From: Torpedo marmorata | Taxonomy: Eukaryota | DNA length: 64,000 nt | NCBI GenBank assembly: GCA_977017645.1 | Contig: OZ360242.1 | Span: 52,390,001 to 52,454,000 of the forward strand | Reading direction: 5' to 3' | The notes under the pieces: generated by a model | Seen by the model: the letters and a program-made list of their open reading frames with translations, nothing else | What the model was told of the DNA's origin: nothing | The model's database searches: none | In this document: positions 1 to 12,071 of the stretch, piece after piece | Layout: each line of letters begins with the position of its first letter | Position numbering within the stretch: the first letter of the stretch is position 1 | Position numbers and translations under genes: made by a program

Positions 1-272
1 CTCCTCCAAATCATCAATGTAAATGATGAACAGTTGTGGGCCTAGCACCGACCACTGCGGCACCCCACTTACCACTGTCTGCCAATCAGAAAAACACCCA
101 TTTATCCCGACTCTCTGCCTCCTTTCAGACAACCAATCCTCAATCCATGCCAATATACTTCCCTGGACTCCTTTCACCTGTAACTTACTGATAAGTCTCT
201 TGTGCGGCACCTTATCAAACGAGGGTTGAGAGGGTTAACGTATGAGGAGCGTTTGATGGTTCTGGGCCTGTA
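1..272 (-). mobile_element. CR1 LINE RT fragment running off the window start, followed by a short plus-strand CR1 3' piece (~220-272)
   Basis: The minus strand reads FDKVPHKRL...[21 protein letters not shown], homologous to the CR1 ORF2 copies at 6736-7866 and 52615-54135. Confidence 0.75.
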
Positions 273-519
273 TCATGTACTCTCCTGCTGGTGGAAGTCA
301 TATCAGAAGTTGTTCTTGCACACTTTCCAAAGGCCTATTGCAGCTAGATAGTGGGAAGGAATTAAAGCTAGTTCTTAGAAGAATTTAAAACATAAAACTA
401 TTTCCTTTTTTAAGGACAGTAAATGCTATAAATTATTTAACCACATGGTGGCAAAGTTAAACTTAATTTCAAAAAACAAAATGCTACAAAAACACAGTAA
501 GTCAGGCAGTATCGAAATA

Positions 520-688
520 CAGTAAAACCCCTGTTATCTGGAATTCAAGCAACCGGCAAAAAGAAATTGTGGAAAATAAATAGGTAACAAATACGGAAGT
601 TTAAAATTGGCACGCCTCGCCATTAGTTTGCCAATCTTATCCGGCATCTACCAATCCCCATAGGTGCTGATACCAAGGATTTTACCGA
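520..688. mobile_element. Tigger/pogo-type MITE (TIR CAGTAAAACCCCTG); related pieces at 2960-3075 and 21299-26416
   Basis: ta|cagtaaaacccctg...ccaaggattttaccg. The internal motif 'aaatacggaagtttaaaattgg' is shared with 2968-2990. Confidence 0.6.
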
Positions 689-1348
689 AGTTAACATGTA
701 CCTTGATGTGCCAACACAAAATTTTCTGTAGGCAAATTGTTATTTACGTTTCAAAGTAAAAATGTCAATTAGCCTGGTTAATATTTAAACAAAAAGGAGA
801 CAAACACCAAGATAAACACAAGAACATTGCTGAACCATTTTATGTGCAGCATTTTTATGCAACATCCACAAGTCAGTTCAATAAAAGTCGACCCCCCTAT
901 CATTGGCTGTTGTGGTTCTGACAACAATGATCCTGATAAGTGATGATCCTGCTAAGTGATACAAGGATAAGACAGCGGACTCTTGCCTAGGCCCTGGCGC
1001 CCGCCCACCGGAGCTCCCGACACCACGACTGCGGACTCTCGCCTAGGTCCCAGCCGCCCACCCACCCGAGTTCCCGACACCCCAACCGCAGACTCTCGCC
1101 TAGGCCAAGGCCGCCTGCCAACCGGCGTTCCTGACGCTCCGATCGCGGACTCTCGCCTAGGCCACGGCTGCCCGCCTGCCCATCCGAGCTCCTGAAACAC
1201 TGAACTCGGTCTTACCACCTGGCCCCGGCTGCCTGCCCACCAGAGCTCCCAACGCCCCGACCGCGGACTTACCACCCAGTCCTGGCCACCCGCCCACCCA
1301 TCCGAGCGCATGACGCCCCAAACGATGCAGGTACTTACCGCAGTCAAA

Positions 1349-2879
1349 AGGTCGAGTACCCCTTATCCGAAATGGATGGGACCAGAAGTGCTTCAGATTT
1401 TGGATTTTTTTGGATTTTGGAATAATGTGTTTAGGGTAACTAAGCAGCACAGTGGCATCAGCAGAATACGTGTATCAGCTGTTAAACAACAACAACAAAC
1501 AACGGCAGGCTTTCAGTCTCCACCTACGATGAAAATAATGTTTTGTACTTACCTTGACTCAGAACCATTTCGGCTATTTCACCATCGGTCATTTTCAACA
1601 ATATCTTTGTACCACAGAGCAGAGAATAAGCAAAAAACAGTGAGTAATGCACGTAGGTCTGGCGGGGACGATGGTTGGTAACAAACTATTACGTGCTCCC
1701 ATTTTTCAGTTCATTTTCATTTGTGTGGGACTACCACTTTAAGAGAACAAATTTAACAAATCCCTGCAGGCTTTGGAGAGTGACTATGAACTGACGGCAG
1801 GCTGAAGACAGCGTGTTCCTAAATTGGATACATCTGAAGAGAGAGGAAGTGCAGGTGCAGAGACCATGTGACCAACAGAGTGAAGACAGGGTACTGAGTT
1901 TGCTCAGGGCCATTTTGAGGAGACAGTGCTGTAAAGCAGAGCTCTTGAAAGTAATACAGTACTGAAGTGGCCTCGTGTGTGGTTATAGACAAACTGTCTG
2001 ATTTCCCCATGTTATAGGGGAATGAGTAGTGGCCATTGTACAGATACAGCACTTGGAGAAGCATCCTTTGAAGGGATACTGTGGTGAATGTGGCCTCGTG
2101 TGGTGATAGACAGTGTCTGATTTCTCCATGTTAGAGGGGAATGAGAATACCACACTGTGACCAAAAAAGTGAAGGTCACTGTGAACGGCTGACCCATGGA
2201 AAGGGTTCTGGAAGCAGGAAAATACTGCGTTTGAATTGTGACCATTGAGAGGGTCACTTGGAACGGCTGACCCACGAAAGGGTTTGTGGAAGCTTTGTAA
2301 GCATTATTCGCTTCTTGTCCCCTACGCCAAAGAAGAGGGGAGTTTTGGTTGCCACCCGTCTGAAAAGGACATTGGTCTGGAAGCACCTCAACAAGGATTT
2401 CGTGAGTTTATAAACAATCTGTCACCCCGGTCTCTCTCACCTACTTCGTGAACTGCTTCGCATCCATCTAAAGCCTCCGTGTCACATCCATCTAAAGCCT
2501 GCGTGTCGCATCTGAGACTGAACTTTGAACTGCCTTTCGAGAATTGGGCCTTGAGCTGTAGTGACTTGGGGTATTCCAAACACACACACACAAGTATTTT
2601 CACGCATAGTTGGGGGATAAGTTTAGATAAGTGTAGATAAGTTCAGATAAATTAGTTAAGGCGTTATATTATTGTTAATTAATAATTAAAAATATTATTT
2701 TAAATGCCTGGGCTAATAACTATTGCTGCTGTCTGGTACGTAACAAAATGGCGCCAACAGAGTGTCAGGCCCCACATGGGCAAGTGAGGTCAGGTGTGGA
2801 ATTTTCCACTTGTGGCGTCATGTCGGCGCTCAAAAGGTTTCAGATTTTGGAGCATTTCGGATAAGGGGTACTCAACCTG
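1349..2879. mobile_element. Tigger4/Zombi (MER46)-like non-autonomous DNA transposon
   Basis: TIRs are aggtcgagtaccccttatccgaaat and atttcggataaggggtactcaacctg|ta. The subterminal 'gtcaggtgtggaattttccacttgtggcgtcatgtcggcgctcaaaa' matches my recollection of Tigger4. Confidence 0.75.
1687..2745 (+). mobile_element. Solo LTR (Gypsy/ERV-type) nested in the Tigger4-like element
   Basis: The ends tattacgt...tacgtaaca form a degenerate TG..CA inverted repeat, with flanks aaac/aaat. Internal duplications lie at 1960-2150 and 2455-2515. Confidence 0.55.
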
Positions 2880-3576
2880 TATGCATTTAATAGTCGACCC
2901 CCTATATTTTACCCTAAAAATCGGTCCTCAAAATTTGACTATTACAGGAGTATATACGGAAGGTAAAAAATACGGAAGTTTAAAATTGGCTCGCTTCGCT
3001 GTTAATCACGCCACACGCAATCTCAAGCAACTGGAAAATTCACTTATAAATGCCGGATACCAGGAGTTTTACTGTACTTTGAAAACTGGATAGGGGCTAA
3101 ACTTGAGGAAGGATTGAATAGAAGGTTACGCTGGTGGATTTAAATGAGGAAAATTCGGAGGTCCATCTGGAGTATAAATATCGAGTATCTAGTTGGGATG
3201 TTTCCATTGCTGTTAGTCTATTACTTGCACATGTTTTGAGTGAGTGGGATTAAAATCTACCAGGATACACCTTGCATTTGGACTAGTTCAGCACACTCAA
3301 ATAATTTATTTGCTTTCCACTGACTTGGTGAATTCGCTATTAAAAACCATCTCAGTGGGCAGATTTTGATTCCAGGTCGAAGAGAATTTTATGCTCTAAC
3401 TCCAGTAACAGTTAATTCCTTTTCTAAGACTTGCCATCCTTGTTCTGCTCCTTTGCAGCTGATGTCGCTGAAGTACAACATGGTCTCCCTCCACAGGAGC
3501 CAGCGGTGCAGAAGGCAGATCCACTACACACACATAAAACCAACCAGCTGCAAGAAATGTTATTTATTTAAAACTA

Positions 3577-3922
3577 CAGTAGAAATCTGAAAATCCAGAC
3601 AGCTCGGGGATTGGGTTGGTTCGGGTTTTCCAGATTTCGAGCAGTACTTTTAAAATTCAAATTTAAGGAGGAATAAAGAAGAGGTGAACAGGTAAAGTTT
3701 GATAGTTTATTCATTAGCAAATACAGCGTGCTTCATTTATCAAAACGAGAAGTTTTAAAGAAAAATAAAGCCAACGCTTGTTGCTGCTGTGCATCTGTGG
3801 CGCTTATGCATGCACGCACACACACAAAATCCTGCTAAATTTTAAAAGTTTGAGAGTTTTTGAAAAGTCTGGATTCTCAGGTGGCCCGGATTTCTGGCAT
3901 CCGGATTTTTGGACTTCTACTG
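3577..3922. mobile_element. Tigger-like MITE
   Basis: ta|cagtagaaatctgaaaatcc...ggatttttggacttctactg|ta. The same family occurs at 39153-39643. Confidence 0.75.
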
Positions 3923-4870
3923 TAATGTAAAAACAGAAAATATTCTATTGTTATCCAGACTTACTGTTAATATATATATAATGTAAATGCAATATACAAA
4001 AAATGATATTTTTCAGTTGGAGATACCAGTCCTGAGATGCTTAATCAGAGCTTTCTCCAATATTTGGGAGGAAGAACAGATTCCAATCCAATGTCACCAA
4101 CCATATTACTTTTAATTGGCCATCTCACTCTTTGTAAACTCATTCTGAAACGTGCCCTAAAGCAGGCATTAGGCCCTTAATTCAATGGCAATAAACCACA
4201 CAGACATGTTCAGAGATAGGCCTTGCAATTTGTAATTGAGAAACAACCAGGACCATACTGAATGAGGGTGCAGGTTCAAGCGACTGAATGAGGAACTGGC
4301 ATGGAAAGCTCGAGTGCTGGGGAAGATCAGCCATGATCGTATTGAATGGCAGGGCTAATTGAGGGATCGAATCACCTATTTCTGATCCGTTTCTTTGCGT
4401 TGTTATTCCTGAATTTATTTTCTATTTTAGCAATAGGATCAATATCTGTGCAAACTGAGCAAAGGTCAACCCACTGCAGAATAGCTCCAAGCATGTTTTA
4501 CACTTTAAAAACAGCCATAACTTATGACAATATTGCCCCACACTTACTTTGAGTAAGGTAAACTAACAGATAATAAAAACAGAAAGTCAGGAGAATCTGC
4601 AGAAGAAACAGTTGTTGCTTCAAGTTAGAGACTCTTTCCGAACAGGAAAAGGAAGAAAAATTAGTTTTAATAACAAAGATGCAGGAGAGTTAGGCAATAT
4701 CTCTGATAGGGTTAGATGACATGAGTTAATGTTGCAGTTAGAATCAGATAGGTAAGTGAGAATGGGAGTGGAATGGGCAATTAAATGGTAGCAAACCTGA
4801 ATGCACTTGTTCTGCAAAGCAATCACCCAATCTGTGTTTGGTTTCTCCAATGTAGAAGCCATATTAAGAG

Positions 4871-5052
4871 CAGCTATTCTCAACCTTTTTTTGGCTATGA
4901 TCCCCTTAGGACTCTGTTCAAAGTTTATGGCCCCCCTTACCTGTGAAGCAGTCAAGTTTAATTGGTTTCTTCTGTACTTCTCTCCTACAGATTACATAAA
5001 AAAATATTTTATTTCAGTCCGTGGCCACCCTTAAATGTGCTGTGGCCCCCAG
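4871..5052. mobile_element. hAT (Charlie-like) MITE fragment
   Basis: It starts cagctattctcaaccttttt and contains gcccccc subterminal motifs. Confidence 0.45.
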
Positions 5053-5569
5053 GGAATTGAATGGAGTTATCATTTTGCTGTTTTGTTTTTCTCCTAGAAC
5101 CATAGAACACTACAGCACAGAAAATAGGCCATTCGGCCCTTCTAGTCTGTGCTTTAATATTATTCCGCTAGTCCCATTGACCTGCAACCAGTCCATAACC
5201 CTCCAGACCTGTATAAAAAAATGAAAAGCATAAAACTGGAAACGGTTAAATTTATTTTAAATTGTAAGAATAAGTAATACATCAATCTTTGATTATCTTT
5301 CTCAAATACAAAAGAAAATATTTTGGCACACAAATCATTTTGAACGAAAGGGCACTCAGTAGAATGCATACCTCCGCCAAGGGCAACACAACATTAAAAC
5401 CTTTTACTTCACACACCTTTAAGTCTATATACCTTCCAGTGTCCATTTTTTTCCACAAGAATGATGCAGTATGAAAATGTCCCTTTGGCCCATCAAGTTT
5501 GCTCTGACTTTCCCGTAACCATTTTTACAAATCTATGCTATTCCCTTTTTTTATTTTCCCACATTTCTA

Positions 5570-5790
5570 TCATTTCCCCCCAGATTCTACAACTCACTTA
5601 CACACTACAGCAATGGCCAATAATCTACCTGCCCACATCTTTGAGATTCGAGAGGAAATTGAAGCATCCAGAGGAAGCTCACATGGTCACAGGGAGAATG
5701 TGCAAACTGCACACAGACAGTGGCAGAGTTCAGGGCAGAAGCCAGATCGCTGGAGTTGTGAGGTAGTAGCTCTATTAATTGCACCACTGT
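5570..5790 (-). mobile_element. Old tRNA-derived V-SINE (HE1-like)
   Basis: The minus strand carries a degraded V-domain 'gtgtgcagtttgcacattctccctgtgaccatgtgagcttcctctggatgcttc'. Confidence 0.6.
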
Positions 5791-6258
5791 GAGACAGCAT
5801 CAACTATAGCAATAATAAAGTTGATTTCATGTCTCTTTAAGAACTGCCTGGAAGGATAGTATCTCCATATTACACAACAACTGTGAGAACTTGCAATACA
5901 TTGATAGAGAACACTGAGCAAAATGTAACTATATAATTTCAGCATGGCTTTACACATGGAAATTCAAGAATGCTTTTCTGTTAGTCTGCCTTTTGAAGTT
6001 CTCATGTTTTATGAAACTTTGACAACTAGGATAAACAAAATCATTAATATAACAACAAAAAATAGCATGGAGTAATTGCTGAGTTGATTTCTTTTAAGAA
6101 TTTATGTATTTTTATTTCTCATCTATGAATATTGATAGTTATTCTGCTATTAGAAACCAGCCAGTTCCTGTCCTGATCTCTCCTTAACGAGTTACCCTGG
6201 ACCATCTTGGTCTCAAATCTGCTTGGTTCCTCTTCTCATGAATTATGATCCTCTAAAA

Positions 6259-6567
6259 CTCGGGCGTCGGGAGCTCCGGTGTAGGCCAAGGGGAGGGTTC
6301 GGAGTCGAGCATCGGGAGCTCCCGGCTCCGGTGACCGGAGCTCCCGATGCCGACTCCGAACCCTCCCCTCGGCCTACTTGCAAATCAATTCAGTTTTTAA
6401 ATAAAACATTTTACTCACATTTTACTCCCCATGCACTACCGCCCCCCCTTAGCTACGTCACTGACGCAGAGGTGCCGGAGCTGTTGGAATCTCTCTTCAA
6501 CAGCGCCCCTCTGAGGTCTGCGCCCCAGGCGGCTGCCTAGTTGGCCTAATGGTAGCGCCGGCCCTGC
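6259..6567. mobile_element. hAT-type non-autonomous element, right part only
   Basis: It ends 'ggcctaatggtagcgccggccctg' (CAGGGCCGGC-type TIR) and has an internal GC-rich inverted repeat at 6285-6370. Confidence 0.5.
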
Positions 6568-7875
6568 CTGTAACTCAACTCCTGAAGATCCGGCAACATC
6601 CTGGTAAATCTCTGCACTCTTTCAATCTTACTGATATTCTTCCTGTAGTTTGGCGACCAGAACTGCACACAATACTCCAAATTTGGCCTCACCAATGTCT
6701 TATACAACCTCACCATAACATCCCAACTCCTATACTCAATACTTTAGATTTATGAAGGCCAAGATGCCAAAAGCTTTCTTTACAACCCTGTCTACCTGTG
6801 ACGTCACTTTCAGGGAATTACCGGTATGTATCTGTATTCCCAGATCCCTTTGTTCCTCCGCACTCCTCAGTGCCCTACCATTTACTGTGTATGTCCTACC
6901 TTGGTTTGTCCTTCCAAAATGCAACACCTCAAACTTGTCTGCATTAAATTCCATCTGCCATTTTCTGGCCCATTTTTCCAGTTGGTCCAGATCCCTCTGC
7001 AAGCTTTGAAAGCCTTCCTTGCTGTCCACAACGCCTCCAATCTTAGTGTCATCAGCAAACTTGCTGATCCAATTTCCCACATTATCATTCAGATCATTGA
7101 TATAGACAACAAACAAAAATGGTCCCAGCACCGATCCCTGAGGCACACCACTAATCTCAGGCCTCCAGTCTGAGAAGCAACCACCCACTACCACTCTCTG
7201 TCTTCTCCCATTCAGCCAATTTCGAATCCAGTTTACAACCTCTCCATGGATACCTAGTGTCTGAACCTTCTGAACTAACCTCCCATGTGGGACCTTGTCA
7301 AAGGCCTTACTAAAGTCCATGTAGACAACATCCACAGCCTTTCCTTCATCTACTTTCTTGGTAACCTCCTCAAAAAACTCTATAAGATTCATTAAACACG
7401 ACCTACCATGCACAAAGCTATGCTGACTATCCTTAATCAGCCCTTGGCTGTCCAAATACTTGCACATCCGATCTCTCAGAACACCCTCCAATAACTTACC
7501 TACTACTGATGTCAGGCTTACTGGCCTGTAATTTCCTGGTTTACTTTTGGAACCTTTTTTAAACACCGGAACAACATGAGCTACCCTCCAATCCTCCGGC
7601 ACCTCACCCGTGGCTAAGGACATTTTAAATATTTCTGCCAGGGCCCCTACAATTTCTACACTAGTCTCCCTCAAGGTCCGAGGGAATATCATGTCAGGCC
7701 CTGTGGATTTATCTACCTTTATTCGCTGTAGGGCAGCAAGCACCTCCTCCTCTTTAATCTCTATATGTTCCATGCCACTACTGCTTGTTTCCCTTCCTTC
7801 CTTATACACTATGCCAGTTTCCTGAGTAAATACTGAGGCAAAAAAACTGTTTAAGATCTTCCCCATCTCATGAGG
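6568..7875 (-). mobile_element. CR1 LINE ORF2 fragment (reverse transcriptase); ORF 6736-7866
   Basis: Motifs NYRPVSLTSVVGK, YMDFSKAFDKVPH, GVPQGSVLGP and KFADDTK. Confidence 0.9.
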
Positions 7876-7879
7876 CTCC

Positions 7880-8125
7880 TACTATACTCTGGCCTTACTA
7901 TGATTCTGTAAAATTAGCCCATTTGATTTCACCATATCAAAGATATTCCCCTTGTTCTATCCATTCCTCCCCCACCTTCTCTGCTATTGAAAATTATCTT
8001 TTATTTTCTCTTTCCCTGTTCTGGTGAAGGGTCTTGACCCTGAAACATCAACTGTCTCTCTTTCCACAGATACTGCCTGATCTGCTGAGTGTTTCCAACA
8101 TTTCCTGTTTGTATTTCAGTTGCAG
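7880..8125 (+). mobile_element. Penelope-derived terminal-repeat relic with a degenerate hammerhead motif (~8015-8055)
   Basis: 'ctggtgaagggtcttgaccctgaaacatc' followed by 'ctgctgagtgtttccaacattt', as in the 3' repeat of the element at 17151-19013. Confidence 0.6.
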
Positions 8126-11100
8126 TTTTTCGATTTCCATTAAAGGAAATATAGATATAATTCTCCTGGGGCCAGAGTGCATCAGTCTGCAAGTTAGATA
8201 TCAAATTGTTTGTTTTGTTTTGGACTAACACTAACCAATGGGTGGAGTGCATGTTCAAAGTTAAAGCCCTGTTCTAAAGTAGAACGAGCCTCCCATCCCC
8301 ATCAGCCCTCTAGTCCCATATTCTGGTCAATTGATTGCACCAAAAATTGGGTGAGGATTTCAACAGGTAGCCATTATGGTAATGTCTGTGGTCTGAAATA
8401 AACTTGTACCAAGTCTTATAACCCAGTAAAACAAAAGCCATCAACTACAGGTCTCCAATATATTGAAGAGAGGCTCTGATGATGGGCAACCATTATAACA
8501 GCAGGTCAAATGCTCTGTGCAGGAAAGGTAAAGAGTAACTGCTCAACAGGAAGCACAATAGGTTGACAATCTTCAGTCCTGGGGTATAATTGTCAGGGAA
8601 CCCTGTACCCGATCTTCCATTTTTTGACTCTGAAGAATGTTTCAAAATTAACTTGCCATGTCAACCTCTATCAATCTACCCACTTGACAGAAATTTAATG
8701 CCTTTAAATTTACTTTGGTTAGCTATATTCAAACTAAAATTTTAAGAGGAACAAGTGGCTGTGATACTTCATTTAAAGAAAGAGCAAAACTTCAAAGTGC
8801 TTTAATATTGTGGCCATGTTACATTACGTATGGTGTTTCCATTTACTTCTCTGGCACTAGATCCCTGCTAAAATTCAACATTCCTGGCTAAGAGCTTGTT
8901 CTTCTATCCCACTTATCCAAAGTGAGCTGATATCTATTTACATTGCCACGTGGTCACAGAAGTCTCACTGTAGTATGGCAAAGGCTTACAAAATCCACAG
9001 AAAGGTAACTTTTGAGTTTGCTCCCATCTCCTACTGATTTTACCCTCAACAGGTGTTGAATGTATGGAATAAATTGGAAAATGCTGAAAACAGCAGATCG
9101 GTCAACATCTGAGAAGTAGAAGTTTGGGGACTCTAGAATAACTGCTCTAGAGGTAGATGCCAACATCTATTTGCTTGCGGAGATCCAGGTTTGCAGCCCA
9201 TTGATGCCAATTATAAGTATGTGTTTTGCTTGCTCATCTAAACATCAAGGATACTGAGCTGTTTCATTTGCTAGTTTGCTAACTTAAGTGAAATCAACCC
9301 TGTAAAGAAAGGATTCTGCTTTTGAAAGTCCTACAACAAAAAGAGCATCCTGTTCCAAGACTAGGTACGGAGTACTCTGTTCTGAAATAACTCAGATGGT
9401 TTTTTACTGAACCAACATATAAAGAGGGTATTCCGCTGAGATTAGTTATCAGGGTGTTGCACTCTGTGGCGAGATTCTATAGACGTCAATTAATAAATCT
9501 AAATATGTCTACATCTGAGCAATGTCTTGAGTTTATATTATAATTTATTAAATTTATCCTGAATAGCCACTGGTGGAGTAGAACCTATTCTCTTGTGCTG
9601 GCATCAGTTCCCCTTCATATTGAAATGGGTGAGTATGCCAGGTGGGTGATTTTGAGATAACACTATTTCATCCGGGAGAGTAGCCTTGAACTGTAACAGA
9701 CCTACCCAGGGATACAAAGCACTTCAAGGATTAATAGCAATTATGCACCAAGTATAGCTTGGAATTCTACTGAACATGTCCTGTAATTTGACTCGATTGA
9801 AAGTCCAGGAACTGGTATCAACCACAATGCTAAGTAATGAACTTTTGCTTCTAAGAATAAAGACAGTTGTGTAAATAAGTACATTTATTTGTAACAATGT
9901 ACAATATTTCATGTTGATATTAGTAGAATTTTTTTTATTTAAAAAGAGAATTCTTCAGCTCCCAAAGAACTGTGTAGTTTTAGCACATTAAATAATGGTG
10001 AAAATAAATCAAACTTCTGTGATTTTTTTAATGCAAAAACATATACCGGTACATTTTCTTTCTTTTTGACCTATTAACCTATCCTTAGGTTCCAGTCAGA
10101 CATTCACAATGTCACCAAATAAAACACACATTGCTGGCAATAGTTTGTTCATTCTCCCTTCTCCATAGCAAATAAATATTTTGTACTCCTGAGGGCTTCC
10201 TTAAAAAAAAGCACCATTGGAAAAGTTTCATGTGCATTGTCACATAGGACAGGGTGAGCTTCTGTGTAACCATCAGTGGTAATTACCCAAATCCAGCTGA
10301 GTGTTAGCTCATGTGTGGGATCATTGGAAGGTGAGGCAGAGTAGTTAGCAGGGGAAGAGTGGGGCAGGGAGTATCTATGCCAAAATCTTCAAGCCCTTGG
10401 ATTTGGGGTAGGCCATGCCACATGTGGTGTCCAGACATTGTTAGCTTTTATTTGCAGAACTGGAGCAAGCAAGAGCAGCAAAAGTGCAGGTGAATTAATG
10501 GTCAATTTGAGACAATGCCATCCAGGGCAGGTAAGCAAATTAGATCACTTCAGTTTCTCCACAATAATCACATCCAGGGAGGTGTATGCAATGTGCCTCA
10601 TTGTGTCATTCCACAAAAGCAGTTTGACGAGTTCTTGATGCCCCATTTTTCAAGAGACACTCACTTATTCTACACCCTGTTAATGCACTTCAATATTTAA
10701 CGTGCAGCAGGGAAACAAATTCTTCTTCCAATATCGTGCAGGACAGTTTTCATGCCATAAAGTTGCATCAACCAGACTGTTTGATCTGAGTTGGTATACA
10801 TGCACCCAATATGATTAATTTTAATTCCTTTGCGAAAAGGCCCCTAACATTGGAATCAACATTCAGTGTAACCACATCATTCCATATAAACACTGGGTTT
10901 CTCACTGTTGGGCCGTTCTGAAAACAAAAGTTAATTCTATTGCAATTTTCTGAGATCTGCACTTCAGAAGTTCTCCCGAGGCCATCCAAAATTCCCATTT
11001 CAAAAGAGAACCTTTGCAGAATGTTAAAAGCACAAGCATGCTGAGTCATTTTAAAAATACCACAATTTCTCTACAATGTGCACAACTTTGGAGAAATGGC

Positions 11101-11234
11101 CTATGCATAACAAAATTAATTGGCAGACGTCCATTTAATGCCTCAAAGGTTATAGCTAATTGCCCCAAAGTGAGGAAATGAAACTCAAGAATCCCACATT
11201 AATGACATTACCAGTGATCTAAATTCTTTATTAA

Positions 11235-11505
11235 GTGTCAGCTAAGGCTCAGGGAGTAGCATTCTCACTTCCGTGCCATATGTTTGCAGGTTCAAGATTC
11301 AATCCATTGACGTAAATATATTCAATCAGAGATTAAGGCTTCTATTCCAATGCAGTACTGAGGAGCAGCTACTGTATACCAGAGGTACTGACTCTTGGAT
11401 AAGATGCTAAACTGAGGCACTCCTTCAGTAGTTTTAATAAATCCTATGACATTATTCCAAACAATGGGGTGGTTAACCCAATTTCTTGGCCAATATCCAT
11501 CTCCT
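11235..11505 (+). mobile_element. Degraded Deu-domain SINE (SacSINE1/AmnSINE-like)
   Basis: A tRNA-like head (ggctcagggagtagc...ggttcaagatt) is followed by 'tgcagtactgagg...gataagatgctaaactgaggc...aatcctatgacattatt...cttggccaatat', which resembles the Deu core as I recall it. Confidence 0.55.
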
Positions 11506-12071
11506 GTTTTCTTTTCCTGGGCAGCAGGCATCACTAGCATGGTTAGTATTTGTTATCCATCCCAAACTACCCCTGTGATTGCAATAAAACAAAAGTGATG
11601 AAAACACTCAGCATTTGTGGAAAGTGAAACAGAGTGAAAGTTTCATGTTGAAACCCTTTCTGCTCTGTGATGGTACTGAGCTAACTTGAACCTCTGAAGT
11701 CAATGTATTGAAGGTATCCACATGCAATTATCCATTGTGTTAGGACTGAAGCGACTAGTTTAAAATAAATCATGAGAACAAAACACCAGTTTAAAAAAAA
11801 TCATTAGCTATAAAGCACTTTTGTACATTGAGGTCACAAAAATACTGCCCATAAATGCAAGTCTTTCTAACGTAGTTTCAAAATAAGTTTTTTTTATAAA
11901 TAGCTGGAGAATTGTCCGGTCAAGATTCCAGTATCTGCATCTTTTGTGTTTCTCTGCAGATTTGTAATTGTAAGGTATGGTGGGAAGCTTAGCTGAGCAA
12001 GTTAAGAATTGTGGAACTAATATGTAAACCATACATGTGCTAGTGTTTCTGTTAACTGAGATAAGGAGATA

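Larger units (their letters stand above)
885..2959. mobile_element. Tc2-like non-autonomous DNA transposon with an internal ~57-bp GC-rich minisatellite (970-1320), interrupted by a Tigger4-like element
   Basis: The right end '...gactattacaggagtatatacgg' is a CCGTATATACTC-type TIR. An uninterrupted paralog lies at 15375-16037. Confidence 0.7.

Noticed and set aside
970-1320. Repeat array superficially like CRISPR (also 15455-15930, 31502-31919, 48475-48800)
   Set aside because: The units are contiguous minisatellites with no unique spacers, there are no cas genes, and the context is vertebrate.
10768-11049. 93-aa minus-strand ORF in unique DNA
   Set aside because: No recognisable homology or convincing exon structure.
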